DNA of 64,000 nucleotides from Candidatus Krakonobacterium acarorum (GTDB lineage Bacteria; Bacteroidota; Bacteroidia; SolTP2): NCBI GenBank assembly GCA_050311575.1, contig JBNOKO010000001.1, positions 722,239 to 786,238 of the forward strand, read 5' to 3'. Shown piece by piece: positions 53,647 to 64,000 of this stretch (position 1 is its first letter; each line of letters starts with the position of its first letter). The notes under the pieces were generated by a model. It saw only the letters and a program-made list of their open reading frames with translations, ran no database searches and was not told where the DNA came from. The position numbers and the translations under genes were made by a program.

Positions 53647-54201
53647 ATGATTAATAAACTACATAAATTTTACTTTGCGAATAAAAAATTATTTCAAATA
53701 AATAATTTTGATAGTGTATTGTTATTAGTGAGTATAGGTGTAGCTGCGCGTATTATTCCTTTGCCTCCTAATTTTACACCTATAGGATCTATTACTTTAT
53801 TTGTAGCTATAGTCTCTCCTAGATTACCAGCTTTATGTGTACCTATATTAATAATGCTGGTTAGCGATTATATTAGGGGTTTTAACCCGATTTGGTATGT
53901 GTATGTAGCGTTTATAATTATAACCTTTATAGGCTTTTTGTTTAAAGGTCGTTTTAATAGTTCGTTATCTATTTTATCTGTTTCACTAGCTTCTTCGTTA
54001 TCGTTTTTTATAATTACAAATTTTGGCGTTTGGGTTACTTCAAACTTTTATTCTAAAGATTTGTCAGGGTTAGCTGAATGTTATTATTTAGCAATACCAT
54101 TTTTTTGGAATACACTTATAAGCACGTTGCTTTTTAGCACTATAATATTTGGATTGTACTATAGACTAAAAGGCAATCAATTATCATATGCCTCAGTATA
54201 A
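53647..54201 (+). CDS. hypothetical polytopic membrane protein
   Basis: Five or six hydrophobic helices. No family assigned by eye. Confidence 0.4.
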   Translation: MINKLHKFYFANKKLFQINNFDSVLLLVSIGVAARIIPLPPNFTPIGSITLFVAIVSPRLPALCVPILIMLVSDYIRGFNPIWYVYVAFIIITFIGFLFKGRFNSSLSILSVSLASSLSFFIITNFGVWVTSNFYSKDLSGLAECYYLAIPFFWNTLISTLLFSTIIFGLYYRLKGNQLSYASV

Positions 54202-54220
54202 GAGGGTATTAGTTAAATGC

Positions 54221-55606
54221 TTAGTTATATCCTAATAGTTTTAGAACTTGTTTGCTGTTTTGTTCTTCGCCAAAAACCTCGTAGCTTAAAGACTCGTCTT
54301 TATTTCGTCTGATAATTATATGCTTAGGGGTTGGTAATAAACAATGATGGATGCCACCATATCCGCTAAGTACTTCTTGATATGCTCCTGTATGGAATAA
54401 TCCCAGATATTGTATTTTACGTGTTTTGGGCATGTAAACGGAGTTTGTGTGGGCTTCCTGGTTATAGTAATCTTGTCCATCACACGTCATGCCTCCAAGG
54501 TTAACTCTTTCATATTCTGAATCCCAATTGTTTATTGGCAACAAAATGTATTTTTGATTTAATGCCCAAACGTCAGGAAGATTTGTTATAAAAGATCCAT
54601 CGAGCATAAGCCATTTTTCTCTATCGTTTTGCTGTTTGCGGCCTAAGGCTTTGTATAATATGCCTGATGCTTCAGCAACAGTATATTTACCAAATTCAGT
54701 TATTATGTTCGGTTCTTGCACATTATGCTCAACACAAATTTCTTTTATACGTTTTACAACTTCGTTTACAATGTATTCATAATCGAAATCAAAGACTAAT
54801 GAATCTTTAAATGGAAATCCTCCACCTATGTCTAATGTTGTTAGGTGAGGGTTTATTTGTTTGAATTTGCAGTATAGTATTACACATTTTTCCAGTTCTT
54901 GCCAATAATACGGTGAGTCCTCTATACCAGATGATATAAAAAAATGTAAAATAGTTACTTTGAATACATTTTTAGGCTCTATGCGTTGGTTATAGAAATC
55001 TATTATATCTTCTGCTCTTATTCCTAATCTGCTAGTATAGAATTGGGAATTAGGTTGTTCTTCAACAGCTATTCTTATTCCTAGATTACATCCAAATTCT
55101 AGCTCATCATCATAGAAATAGAATTCTTCTTTGTTGTCTAATATTGGTATTATGTTAGAAAATCCATCGTGAATAAGGTCACATATATATTGTTTATATT
55201 GTGCTGATTTAAAACCGTTGCATATAACATATATGTCTTTATTTACCTCACCATGTTTTTCAAGTGCAGCTATTATAGACAGGTCAAAAGCAGCTGAAGT
55301 CTCTAGGTGTATATTATTTTTTAATGCTTCTATTAATATGTGTTTAAAATGAGAACTTTTTGTACAGTAGCAGTAGATATACTTCCCTTTGTAATCATTA
55401 TTTCGTATTGCCTTTTGAAAAAGCAACTTTGCTTGTTGTATTTTTTTAGACACTAATGGCAAATATGTGAACTTAAGAGGTGTGTCATAAGTTTCTATTA
55501 GTTCCATTAAGTTAATATTATGAAAATAAAGCTCATCGTGTTCTACAGAAAATCCATCTTGAGGAAAATCTACACTTTGGCTAATAAACTCCTGATAGCT
55601 TTGCAT
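54221..55606 (-). CDS. PLP-dependent decarboxylase, SpeA-like (short-form biosynthetic arginine decarboxylase)
   Basis: N-terminal region aligns to the E. coli SpeA core (YKGKYIYCYCTKSSH against YNGDYFLVYPIKVNQ; LETSAAFDL against LEAGSKAEL) and carries the TLDIGGGFPF motif. Confidence 0.55.
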   Translation of the reverse strand: MQSYQEFISQSVDFPQDGFSVEHDELYFHNINLMELIETYDTPLKFTYLPLVSKKIQQAKLLFQKAIRNNDYKGKYIYCYCTKSSHFKHILIEALKNNIHLETSAAFDLSIIAALEKHGEVNKDIYVICNGFKSAQYKQYICDLIHDGFSNIIPILDNKEEFYFYDDELEFGCNLGIRIAVEEQPNSQFYTSRLGIRAEDIIDFYNQRIEPKNVFKVTILHFFISSGIEDSPYYWQELEKCVILYCKFKQINPHLTTLDIGGGFPFKDSLVFDFDYEYIVNEVVKRIKEICVEHNVQEPNIITEFGKYTVAEASGILYKALGRKQQNDREKWLMLDGSFITNLPDVWALNQKYILLPINNWDSEYERVNLGGMTCDGQDYYNQEAHTNSVYMPKTRKIQYLGLFHTGAYQEVLSGYGGIHHCLLPTPKHIIIRRNKDESLSYEVFGEEQNSKQVLKLLGYN

Positions 55607-55639
55607 GTTAAGTATTTAAATATAAAGGCGCTATATTAG

Positions 55640-57265
55640 TTAAATAATTTCTCTAACACAACTATTAGAGTTATTTTTTATAAATTCTATTAATCCTTTA
55701 ACTGACGGGTCAATATTTTCTAAACAGTCTTTGTCTTTGCTGTTTAAGCTTATAAAAAAGTTTAGTGCAAGTTTTTTGCCGGTTTCTACACCAAATTGAT
55801 CGAAACTGCATATGTTTAGAATGGCTCCTTCGGTAAAAACTTTATGTTCGTAAAAAGTTAGCATGCTACCTAAAGTTTGTGGAGTAAGGGTTTTTAGTAA
55901 TAAAATACTACTTGGTTTATTTCCAGGTATATATTCAAAAGTATTTTTAGAAGTGTTTCCAAAGCTAAGTGTACTTATTTGTGCGATAAGGTTAGATAAT
56001 AATATTTTATGATGGTTATCTAAGTTAGTTTCATTTTTTGTTGAAGCGATAAATTCGCACGGTACGGTGTGAGTACCTTGATGTAATAATTGAAAAAAAG
56101 AATGCTGCACGTTAGTGCCAATCCCGCCCCAAATTATTGGTGATGTATTATAATTTACTTTAAACCCCAATCTGTCTACCGATTTGCCGTTGCTTTCCAT
56201 CGCTAGTTGTTGTATGTAGGCAGGGAGCAAGCTTAGGCGTTCGTCGTAAGGTATAATCGCACAAGTAATAGCATTGTAAAAATTAGTATACCAAATATTT
56301 AGGAGAGCTGCTATAACAGGCATGTTTTTACTAAAATGGGTATAGCGAAAATGGTCATCCATTGCTCGAGCCCCTTCCAATAGTAATTTAAAGTTATCAA
56401 AGCCTACATATAAACTTATAGCTAACCCTATTGCGCTCCACAAAGAAAATCTCCCATTGATTTCTTGGGGTATCGGGAATATATTTTCATCTGTTAAGCC
56501 AAAGTCTAAAGCTTTTGTTTTATTGCTAGTTATGCCGATAAAATGATGCTTAAACATAGCATCTGATGGCCATCTGGATAAAAACCAGTTTTTTATAGTT
56601 TGTGCGTTGTTTAGGGTTTCTATAGTGGTAAAAGTTTTAGAAGCAATTATAAACAAACTTGTCTCCGGGTCTATTTTTTTTAACACTTCTAATGAACTAT
56701 GTCCATCTATATTGGAGACAAAATGCACATTTATTTTGCCAATTTTTAAATGGTCGAGAGCTTTGCATACCATCTGTGTGCCCGTCAAAGGCCCACCTAT
56801 ACAAATGTTAACTACATCTGTTATTGGTTTGCCAGTATAGCTAGTGTATATATTGTTTAATACTTTGTTGCTGAAATCTTCTATTTTATTAAGTGTACTT
56901 AGTATGTTATAATCATCGTTTTTAATGTTAAAATTTTTATTATTATATGTATCTGATCTAAATATTGTGTGTATTATAGATGTTTGTTCGGTTATATTTA
57001 TTTTGTCTAGGGTAAATAAATTTTCTATATTTTCTTTTAAATAGGTTTCATTTGCAAGTTCTATTAATGTTTCAAAAGTTTCTGTATTAATCAAATTTTT
57101 GGAATAATCAAACAATAGATCATCGAATTGGATGCTAAAACGTTTGAATCTGTCAGTTGTGTTACTGAATTCGTCGTGTAAGTTTAAATTACTATACTTG
57201 ATCTTGTGCTGTTTTAGTTTATCCCATGCTCTTGTGGTTGTAGGGTTAATACTTATTAATGGCAT
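55640..57265 (-). CDS. pgi: glucose-6-phosphate isomerase
   Basis: PGI blocks IGIGGS-like (ICIGGPLTGTQMV), GGRFSLWSAIG and QQLAMESNGK. Confidence 0.9.
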   Translation of the reverse strand: MPLISINPTTTRAWDKLKQHKIKYSNLNLHDEFSNTTDRFKRFSIQFDDLLFDYSKNLINTETFETLIELANETYLKENIENLFTLDKINITEQTSIIHTIFRSDTYNNKNFNIKNDDYNILSTLNKIEDFSNKVLNNIYTSYTGKPITDVVNICIGGPLTGTQMVCKALDHLKIGKINVHFVSNIDGHSSLEVLKKIDPETSLFIIASKTFTTIETLNNAQTIKNWFLSRWPSDAMFKHHFIGITSNKTKALDFGLTDENIFPIPQEINGRFSLWSAIGLAISLYVGFDNFKLLLEGARAMDDHFRYTHFSKNMPVIAALLNIWYTNFYNAITCAIIPYDERLSLLPAYIQQLAMESNGKSVDRLGFKVNYNTSPIIWGGIGTNVQHSFFQLLHQGTHTVPCEFIASTKNETNLDNHHKILLSNLIAQISTLSFGNTSKNTFEYIPGNKPSSILLLKTLTPQTLGSMLTFYEHKVFTEGAILNICSFDQFGVETGKKLALNFFISLNSKDKDCLENIDPSVKGLIEFIKNNSNSCVREII

Positions 57266-57282
57266 TACTAATTATATTTTTT

Positions 57283-58566
57283 TTAACTAAAAAGATGCTT
57301 TTTATTTATTATATCTAACTTTAACATAATAAATATTAAAATTGTAAAGCTTAATAAAGAAGAGCCCCCGTAGCTTATAAAAGGCAATGGTATGCCTATC
57401 ACTGGGAATATGCCTATAGTCATACCGATATTGATAACTACATGGAAGAATATAAAGGCGGCAACGCCATAGCTATATATTCTGGAAAATATGAAGTACT
57501 GTTTTTCAGCTATATTTATAATTCTAAATAACATTATAGTATATAATAAAATTGTAATTGTTGAACCAATGAACCCCCATTCTTCTCCTATTGTACAAAA
57601 TATAAAGTCAGTGCTTTGTTCCGGAACGAAAGAATACTTAGTTTGGGTACCTTCTAAATATCCTTTTCCAAATAACCTTCCTGAACCTATAGCTATTTTT
57701 GATTGATTTATATTATATCCTATGCCCTTATTGTCTATGCGTTTGCCAAATAAAACTTCAATTCTGTCTCGATGATGTTGCTTAAGTAAATTATTGAATA
57801 CATAATTTTGAAAGATAGTAAAGAAAATTGATAATATGCCTATTAATGCAGCTAAAATCATAGATTTAGTTCGTCTGCGTGCAATATAAACACCTAAAGC
57901 AAATATTATTGTTAAAAAAATTATCAATGTAGCTTGTGGTATTGTTATAGCTAGCACGAATAATAAAGCAATCCATATCAGTAATATTAATATCCATGAA
58001 CTTAAGCCTTCTCTGTAAAGAACTAATATTAACGATATATATGTTATAGCTGATCCTACATCTGGTTGTAGGATTATTAAGGCCATAGGTATTATAATTA
58101 TTAACAGCGAATAAGCTATTATTTTTTTATTTTTTGCTAAAGAAATGCGTTGTGTATTTATATATTTTGCCAGAGCCAGACATGTAGTAACTTTAGCAAA
58201 TTCTGCGGGCTGTAGCCTAAAACCTGCGATATCGAACCAGCCTTTGTTACCAGCTACAGTGTGACCAATAAAAATAACTCCTACAAGAAGTATTAATGTA
58301 ATTATATAATAAGTGTAGGAAAATAAGTTAAACCATCTACCATCTACTAGTAGAATTACTATGATTGCAACAAATGATAGCAGAATCCATATTAATTGTT
58401 TTGTGACGTTTGAGTTTATATCTAAAAATTTTGTGCTATGGCCTTGTGTGGTAGCATAAATATTTATCCATCCTATGAACACTAATATTAAGTATGTAAA
58501 AAATATGGTTTTATCTATCCCTAATAATATCGTTTTTTCTTTGCGTTCGTACAGGCGATCCATCAC
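57283..58566 (-). CDS. rodA: rod shape-determining peptidoglycan polymerase RodA (FtsW/RodA/SpoVE family)
   Basis: 10-TM SEDS topology. Lies immediately downstream of mrdA. Confidence 0.85.
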   Translation of the reverse strand: MMDRLYERKEKTILLGIDKTIFFTYLILVFIGWINIYATTQGHSTKFLDINSNVTKQLIWILLSFVAIIVILLVDGRWFNLFSYTYYIITLILLVGVIFIGHTVAGNKGWFDIAGFRLQPAEFAKVTTCLALAKYINTQRISLAKNKKIIAYSLLIIIIPMALIILQPDVGSAITYISLILVLYREGLSSWILILLIWIALLFVLAITIPQATLIIFLTIIFALGVYIARRRTKSMILAALIGILSIFFTIFQNYVFNNLLKQHHRDRIEVLFGKRIDNKGIGYNINQSKIAIGSGRLFGKGYLEGTQTKYSFVPEQSTDFIFCTIGEEWGFIGSTITILLYTIMLFRIINIAEKQYFIFSRIYSYGVAAFIFFHVVINIGMTIGIFPVIGIPLPFISYGGSSLLSFTILIFIMLKLDIINKKHLFS

Positions 58567-58596
58567 TAATTTGGTTTAAAGGTGATTCAAAGTGTT

Positions 58597-60486
58597 TTAA
58601 AAATTTTTATTCAGGTTGTTTATTGGGGCGTTTGAAGTAATATATTGAAGATCTTCTATGTCCTGTTTTTTAGTACCTTTTGGTAAAATTATTGCATCTT
58701 TTACCCTCTCGTATTCGTCTAGTTTACTTATATTATTCGTCAAATATTTTTCTATTAATAGTCCTGCTATAGGAGATGCCCATGTTGAGCCATAACCTGC
58801 ATTTTCAACTATTACTGCTACAGCTATTTTAGGATTATTTTTTGGAGCAAAGGCTATAAATACTGAATGGTTTTCTCCATGTGGATTTTGTACAGTACCT
58901 GTTTTTCCACATACTTCTATTCCAGGTATACGTGCTCTCCAAGATGTACCAGAATCCACTGATAATTGCATCCCTTCTATGATAGGAGTAAAGTTTTTAG
59001 GTTTTATATCAGAATATATTTTCTCTTTATATTGTTGTTTAATATAGTTTTCTGCACCTATAGATTTTACTAAGTGTGGCCTGTAATAATACCCTCTATT
59101 TGCGATTATTGCTGCAGCATTTACAAGCTGTAATGGAGTTAAGCTTATTTCTCCCTGTCCTATAGATAGAGATATTATAGTGGATGCACCCCATGAGCCT
59201 TTATATAATTTGTTAAAATAATCTTTTGTAGGTATAATGCCTTTACTTTCATTTGGTATGTCTATCCCTAGTTTTTCACTAAAACCGAAGCTAAGCATTT
59301 TGTCGTACCACACTGTATATGCTTCGTCTCTGGATAATTTAGTATTTAGATCTATCATATGCTGAAAGGAGTATACAAAAAATGGGTTGCAGGATTTTTG
59401 TACTGCTTGAATTATATTTAAAGGCGGATGTCTATGTTCGCACCTCACAAAAGCGCGACCTACACGTGCGCCTCCATTACAGGCAAATCGTGTATGGTTA
59501 TTAATAACGTTCATATCTAAGGCAACCAGTCCGGTAAAAGGTTTAAATGCGGAACCAGGAGGGTAGTAGGCTTGTATAGGCCTAACAAATAGTGGATTGA
59601 ATTGACTTGTTAGTAGTAGATTGTAGTTTTTACCTCTGTTTCTGCCAACTAACATGTTGGGATCGTAATCCGGGCTACTTAAGAATGCTAGGATTTCGCC
59701 AGTTTCAGGTTCGATAGCAACTATTGATCCCAGTTTGTTTTGCATTAATTCCTTTGCAAGTAATTGTAATCTAAGGTCGAGGGTGGTGGTCATCGTTTTG
59801 CCAGATATTGATGGTTCATCGAAATCGCCATCAGCAAACTGACCTTTCTCGCGTCCTATTACATCAACTAATATCCTTTTAACTCCTTTTTGGCCACGTA
59901 AAAATTCTTCGTATGATTTTTCTATTCCAGATACACCTATGTAGTCACCTTGTTTATAATATTTATCGTTTTTCAGATCGTGTTCATTTACTTCACCTAT
60001 ATAACCTAGAACGTGAGAAGCCACCTTGTTTGGGTATTTGCGAAGCATACGATTTTGGACATAAAAACCAGGGAACATAAAAAGTTTCTCTTGCAGCGCG
60101 GCATATACTTCAGTAGGGATTTGTTTTTCTACAACTACGCCCCTGTACCTTGATTCGGCGGCTGATTTTTCTAGTTTGGCTTTAAGATCCTCTGGGGATA
60201 TTTGTAATAAGTTGGCTAGTTTTACAATATCGAATTTCCCTAATTTGTTGTGTACTACCATTAGGTCGTAAACAGGTTCGTTTTCTACTAATGTTTGGTG
60301 GTTTCTATCATATATTATGCCTCGAGCCGGGAATACTGTTACTTCTCGTATAACGTTATTTTCTGAAGATATTATGTAGTGTTTATCAATCAGCTGCATG
60401 TAGGCTAACCTTGATATTAATATAGTAACACATAAAGCTATTATACCTTGTATTATGTATTTCCTCGTAAAGAAAGGATTATTCAT
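58597..60486 (-). CDS. mrdA: penicillin-binding protein 2 (elongasome transpeptidase)
   Basis: N-terminal anchor, and the transpeptidase motifs SAFK (PGSAFKP), SxN and KTG (CGKTGT). Confidence 0.9.
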   Translation of the reverse strand: MNNPFFTRKYIIQGIIALCVTILISRLAYMQLIDKHYIISSENNVIREVTVFPARGIIYDRNHQTLVENEPVYDLMVVHNKLGKFDIVKLANLLQISPEDLKAKLEKSAAESRYRGVVVEKQIPTEVYAALQEKLFMFPGFYVQNRMLRKYPNKVASHVLGYIGEVNEHDLKNDKYYKQGDYIGVSGIEKSYEEFLRGQKGVKRILVDVIGREKGQFADGDFDEPSISGKTMTTTLDLRLQLLAKELMQNKLGSIVAIEPETGEILAFLSSPDYDPNMLVGRNRGKNYNLLLTSQFNPLFVRPIQAYYPPGSAFKPFTGLVALDMNVINNHTRFACNGGARVGRAFVRCEHRHPPLNIIQAVQKSCNPFFVYSFQHMIDLNTKLSRDEAYTVWYDKMLSFGFSEKLGIDIPNESKGIIPTKDYFNKLYKGSWGASTIISLSIGQGEISLTPLQLVNAAAIIANRGYYYRPHLVKSIGAENYIKQQYKEKIYSDIKPKNFTPIIEGMQLSVDSGTSWRARIPGIEVCGKTGTVQNPHGENHSVFIAFAPKNNPKIAVAVIVENAGYGSTWASPIAGLLIEKYLTNNISKLDEYERVKDAIILPKGTKKQDIEDLQYITSNAPINNLNKNF

Positions 60487-61008
60487 CTATTTTCCACTTT
60501 TTAGTTTGTTAATTCCAAGTAGATACAGAATAACAATTATTATCGATACTGTTAATAGTATGTTGTATATGCTGGTTTTTATAGTTATTAGAAAGTTTCT
60601 AAAATTGGCAGCCTCTAGTATTGAAAGGGTGAATCCATGTATTATTGATAGGGCGACTATATAAACAAAAAATCCTTTTAAATTTTTTTTAGAATAGGCG
60701 ATAGATATGTTTTTATCAGATTTATCTTCGTGTTCGATAAAATTTAACAATATTATTCTCACAAATGCGCTTATTACACAAGTAGCTGCGTTTATGCCCG
60801 GAGTGTTTAAAAATAGATCTATAGTTAATCCTAATAGGAAAGAGGATAGATATACAACTATATATGGAGTGCTAATAGGTAGCAAAATTATGAAAAGTAT
60901 ATACAGAAAAGGTATGTATACACCGTATATGGATAAATTTTTTAAGAAAAAAATTTGTATAATTATTAGCAATACAAATTTTATTACATTAATTATCACT
61001 GTTTTCAT
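60487..61008 (-). CDS. mreD: rod shape-determining protein MreD
   Basis: Small polytopic membrane protein located between mreC and mrdA. Confidence 0.6.
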   Translation of the reverse strand: MKTVIINVIKFVLLIIIQIFFLKNLSIYGVYIPFLYILFIILLPISTPYIVVYLSSFLLGLTIDLFLNTPGINAATCVISAFVRIILLNFIEHEDKSDKNISIAYSKKNLKGFFVYIVALSIIHGFTLSILEAANFRNFLITIKTSIYNILLTVSIIIVILYLLGINKLKSGK

Positions 61009-61852
61009 TATTTTCTATTAATTGGTTTAAGTATTTTTTTTCTTCTGCGAATTTGTCTGTGATAATATATACGTACTCTAATCTGGACATATCTGTTAAT
61101 AATACTATATCTATGTTTAGCAAGTGTTCGTTAATCGATGTATCGTAAGCGTACCCTACTTTTAAACCTTCAGGAAATAAAGAATAATTGCTTGTAACTA
61201 TCCAATCTCCAGTCTTTACTTTAATATGGTTAGGAATATCAATAACTGTTGCATGATTTATACTATTCCCTTTCCAGATTAAGGATCCTTTATGGTTTGT
61301 GTTTTCCAGTTGTACACTTACTTTAGATTCAGAGTTTAGTAATGAAACTACTGTGCAGAAGTGCTCAGTAACATCTTTTGTTATACCAACTATACTTGTA
61401 CCATTGATAACTCCCATCCCAGGGGTTATACCATCTGCGTATCCTTTGTCTAGCACTAAGAAGTTGTTTTTATATGCAGTTGTGCTATTAATAACTTTAG
61501 ATTTTACGTAAGAATAGCGTATGGTTTTATAATTATCTTGATTTTGTCTATTATGTAAGTCGTAGCTATTGTTTTGAGTTTTAGTATTGTTTGTATGATA
61601 ATTGTTAGATAGTAAATTGCGTAAACGCATATTTTCTGTAGCTAAATCGTCGTTTGTTTTTGATAGATGAAAGTATTCTTCAATTTTATCTGTGCTTTTG
61701 TATATATTCCCAATTATGTTATTAGAGGCGTTTAATGCAATAGAATTGTGGTAATCGTTAGATTTAAACATAATCCATATTGCTAAAGACTCAAATAATA
61801 TAAATAAAAAGAATGCTTTGTATTTAGTTATAAATATCCAGAGGTTTCGCAC
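60989..61852 (-). CDS. mreC: rod shape-determining protein MreC
   Basis: N-terminal TM helix, a coiled coil and beta-rich periplasmic domains. Immediately downstream of mreB. Confidence 0.8.
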   Translation of the reverse strand: MRNLWIFITKYKAFFLFILFESLAIWIMFKSNDYHNSIALNASNNIIGNIYKSTDKIEEYFHLSKTNDDLATENMRLRNLLSNNYHTNNTKTQNNSYDLHNRQNQDNYKTIRYSYVKSKVINSTTAYKNNFLVLDKGYADGITPGMGVINGTSIVGITKDVTEHFCTVVSLLNSESKVSVQLENTNHKGSLIWKGNSINHATVIDIPNHIKVKTGDWIVTSNYSLFPEGLKVGYAYDTSINEHLLNIDIVLLTDMSRLEYVYIITDKFAEEKKYLNQLIENNENSDN

Positions 61853-61879
61853 AGGTGTATTTGGTTAATTATTATTGTA

Positions 61880-62908
61880 TTATTTTACTAAAAATTTAAA
61901 TTTAGATATATTTTTTAAAGCCATTCCTGTTCCACGAACTACCGCTTTTAGCGGATCGTTTGCTACTATAACAGGTAATTTAACTTTGTTAGATATTCTT
62001 GCTGCAAGGCCTCTTAATAAAGCTCCTCCACCAGTTAAATTAACACCATTTTTATATATGTCTGAAGATAATTCTGGCGGCGTCATCTCTAAAGCTTTTA
62101 GCACTGATTCTTCTATTTTGGATATGGATTTGTCCAGACATAAGGATATTTCTTTGTACGATATCGTTATTTGTTTAGGTATACCAGTCATTAAATCTCT
62201 TCCTTGTATATCGAGCTCGTTAGGCGCTTCGTTCTCAGGTAATTCTGTTAGTGCTGATCCTATTTCTATTTTAATTTTTTCAGCTGTTGGAGTACCTATT
62301 AATATGTTATGTTCCCTCCGTATATAGTTTATTATGTCTGTATTAAAGTCGTCACCAGCTACTCTTATTGACTGATCACATACTATGCCACTTAATGCTA
62401 TTACAGCTATTTCTGTAGTTCCGCCGCCTATGTCTATAACCATTGAGCCTGTAGGAGCATCTACGTCAATTCCTATGCCAAGAGCTGCTGCCATTGGTTC
62501 GTGTATTAAATATACTTCTTTGGCCCCGGCCATTTCTGCAGAATCTCTAACAGCTCGTTTTTCGACCTCAGTTATTCCCGAAGGTATACATATCATAACG
62601 CGCAATGACGGCATTATCCATTTTCTACCATCATTAATCATTTTAATAAAACTGCGTATCATATATTCTGCCGCATCGAAATCAGCTATTACACCGTCTT
62701 TTAATGGACGTATGGTTTTTATGTTCTCGTGGGTTTTTCCTTCCATCATCATTGCTTCTCTTCCAATTGCAATAAGTCTGTTTGTACGCGTATTTATTGT
62801 TACTATTGAAGGTTCGTCTATTACCAACTTGTCTTTATGTATTATAAGCGTGTTTGCAGTCCCTAAATCAATAGCTACTTCTTTTTTAAAAATATCTAAT
62901 AATCCCAT
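61880..62908 (-). CDS. mreB: rod shape-determining protein MreB (actin homologue)
   Basis: Actin-fold phosphate motifs (IDLGTANT; VIDIGGGTTE). Confidence 0.95.
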   Translation of the reverse strand: MGLLDIFKKEVAIDLGTANTLIIHKDKLVIDEPSIVTINTRTNRLIAIGREAMMMEGKTHENIKTIRPLKDGVIADFDAAEYMIRSFIKMINDGRKWIMPSLRVMICIPSGITEVEKRAVRDSAEMAGAKEVYLIHEPMAAALGIGIDVDAPTGSMVIDIGGGTTEIAVIALSGIVCDQSIRVAGDDFNTDIINYIRREHNILIGTPTAEKIKIEIGSALTELPENEAPNELDIQGRDLMTGIPKQITISYKEISLCLDKSISKIEESVLKALEMTPPELSSDIYKNGVNLTGGGALLRGLAARISNKVKLPVIVANDPLKAVVRGTGMALKNISKFKFLVK

Positions 62909-62952
62909 ATTTTATTTTTATTGATACTAATGTTTTGAATATTGTTATATTA

Positions 62953-64000
62953 TTAATGCTTAAAGTATCTGGTGTTAGTAAATACCATAGCAATGTTGTT
63001 ATTATTACATGCTTGTATAACTTCTTTGTCCCGTATAGAGCCTCCAGGTTGAGCAATATTTATTATGCCTGCTTCCTTTGAAATTTCTATGGAGTCGGGA
63101 AACGGGAAAAATCCATCTGATGCTAAAACAGCATCTTTTAAATCTAATTTGAAAGTTTTTGCTTTTTCTATCGCTTGTTTAAGCGCGTCTACACGTGAAG
63201 TTTGCCCTGTACCACTCCCTATGAGCATTTTATTTTTGACTATAGCAATAGCGTTTGATTTTAAGTGCTTAACCACTTTTAATGCAAATGTCAAATCTGT
63301 ATAACCAAGCTCATCTGGTATTTTATTGGTTACAGCAACCATATTATCTTTATTTGGTTTAATGTTTTGTTGTTGTTGTATCGCTATACCATTTAATAAA
63401 TTTTTGATCTGATATCCATTAAATTTTAAGGGCTCCTTATATGTAATTAAAATACGATTTTTTTTCCCCTTAAACAAGTTGATGGTTTCTTGCGAAAAAC
63501 TCGGTGCTAATATTACTTCAAAAAATAATTTGTTTAATTTTTCAGCTATTTCTATTTCTACAGTTCTATTAGTTATGAAGACGCCTCCAAAAGCGGAAAT
63601 GGGATCAGCTTCCAGAGCTTTATCAAACGCTACTAATATATCTTTGCACTGGGCGATACCGCAAGCGTTGGTATGTTTTATTACAGCAAAAATCGCTTCT
63701 TTAGAGTCGTCAAATTCATTTATAAGATTAAGCGCCGAATCCACGTCTAACAAATTGTTGTAAGATAATTCTTTGCCATTTATTTGGTTAATTAGGCTGT
63801 CTGTACTATTGTCGCTATAAAATGCTGCTGCCTGATCCGGGTTCTCGCCATATCTTAAATGTTTAGGAGTAAAGTTTTTAGATATATAGTTTTTGGTTTT
63901 ATTTATGATATTATCATTTGTATTAATTTGGGTTAAGGTTTTAAAGTACCCATCTATTGCTATATCGTAGTTTTTAGCAACTTCGAAAGCCTGTCCAGCT
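62953..64000 (-). CDS. purH: bifunctional AICAR transformylase / IMP cyclohydrolase, 3' portion (5' end outside the window)
   Basis: The frame stays open upstream of the TTG used by the ORF track and reaches the window end through the LRYGENPDQ motif. The C-terminal AICARFT domain is complete. Confidence 0.9.
   Translation of the reverse strand, partial: AGQAFEVAKNYDIAIDGYFKTLTQINTNDNIINKTKNYISKNFTPKHLRYGENPDQAAAFYSDNSTDSLINQINGKELSYNNLLDVDSALNLINEFDDSKEAIFAVIKHTNACGIAQCKDILVAFDKALEADPISAFGGVFITNRTVEIEIAEKLNKLFFEVILAPSFSQETINLFKGKKNRILITYKEPLKFNGYQIKNLLNGIAIQQQQNIKPNKDNMVAVTNKIPDELGYTDLTFALKVVKHLKSNAIAIVKNKMLIGSGTGQTSRVDALKQAIEKAKTFKLDLKDAVLASDGFFPFPDSIEISKEAGIINIAQPGGSIRDKEVIQACNNNNIAMVFTNTRYFKH

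Noticed and set aside
62953-63753. purH called as a complete 266-aa gene starting at a TTG
   Set aside because: The frame stays open upstream to the window edge and encodes the conserved LRYGENPDQ purH motif. The gene is 5'-truncated by the window, not short.

Overview
This 64 kb window is AT-rich chromosomal DNA (roughly one-third G+C by eye), densely packed with housekeeping genes, and is most consistent with a Bacteroidota genome. Support for that assignment: era and der are adjacent; several genes have Bacteroidota-type -7 promoter boxes (TAnnTTTG) upstream; lipoprotein signals are followed by a Cys-Ser/Lys lipoprotein export motif; and topA has C-terminal repeat domains instead of zinc ribbons. 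About 60 CDS are supported. They include era, der, recA, nth, topA, uvrA, aroA, aroC, guaB, murF, pyrR, pyrB, folD, pyrD, gltA, pgi, gdh, tsaC, cca, a complete rodA-mrdA-mreD-mreC-mreB rod-shape cluster and a partial purH. There is a minus-strand tRNA pair, tRNA-Met(CAT, initiator-like) followed by tRNA-Glu(TTC). Several perfect 13-19 bp inverted repeats are present, some of them probable bidirectional terminators. No rRNA, CRISPR array, transposase or integrase was seen.

The most unusual region is 27.3-31.9 kb. It holds three tandem, divergent paralogous surface-lipoprotein genes whose central segment is Ser/Thr-rich with alternating polarity, resembling the membrane-inserting hairpin of aerolysin/ETX-MTX2 beta-pore-forming toxins. 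These genes are flanked by long ORF-free AT-rich spacers, and the spacer upstream of the cluster carries two perfect palindromes.

Other notable points:
- An rlmD-like rRNA m5U methyltransferase gene has its TRAM-domain N-terminus cut off by a single in-frame TGA (probable pseudogene or N-terminal truncation).
- A 1.24 kb ORF-free region lies next to the tRNA pair and contains a perfect 19 bp hairpin.
- An amino-acid permease, a porin and a signal-peptide-bearing glutaminase form one module.
- A tolC-hlyD pair has no cognate pump gene nearby.

Long intergenic spacers, one nonsense-interrupted gene and the paralog expansion suggest an organism undergoing some genome reduction or with a host-associated lifestyle. 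That is inference.

All functional calls rest on motif recognition by eye, with no database searches run.
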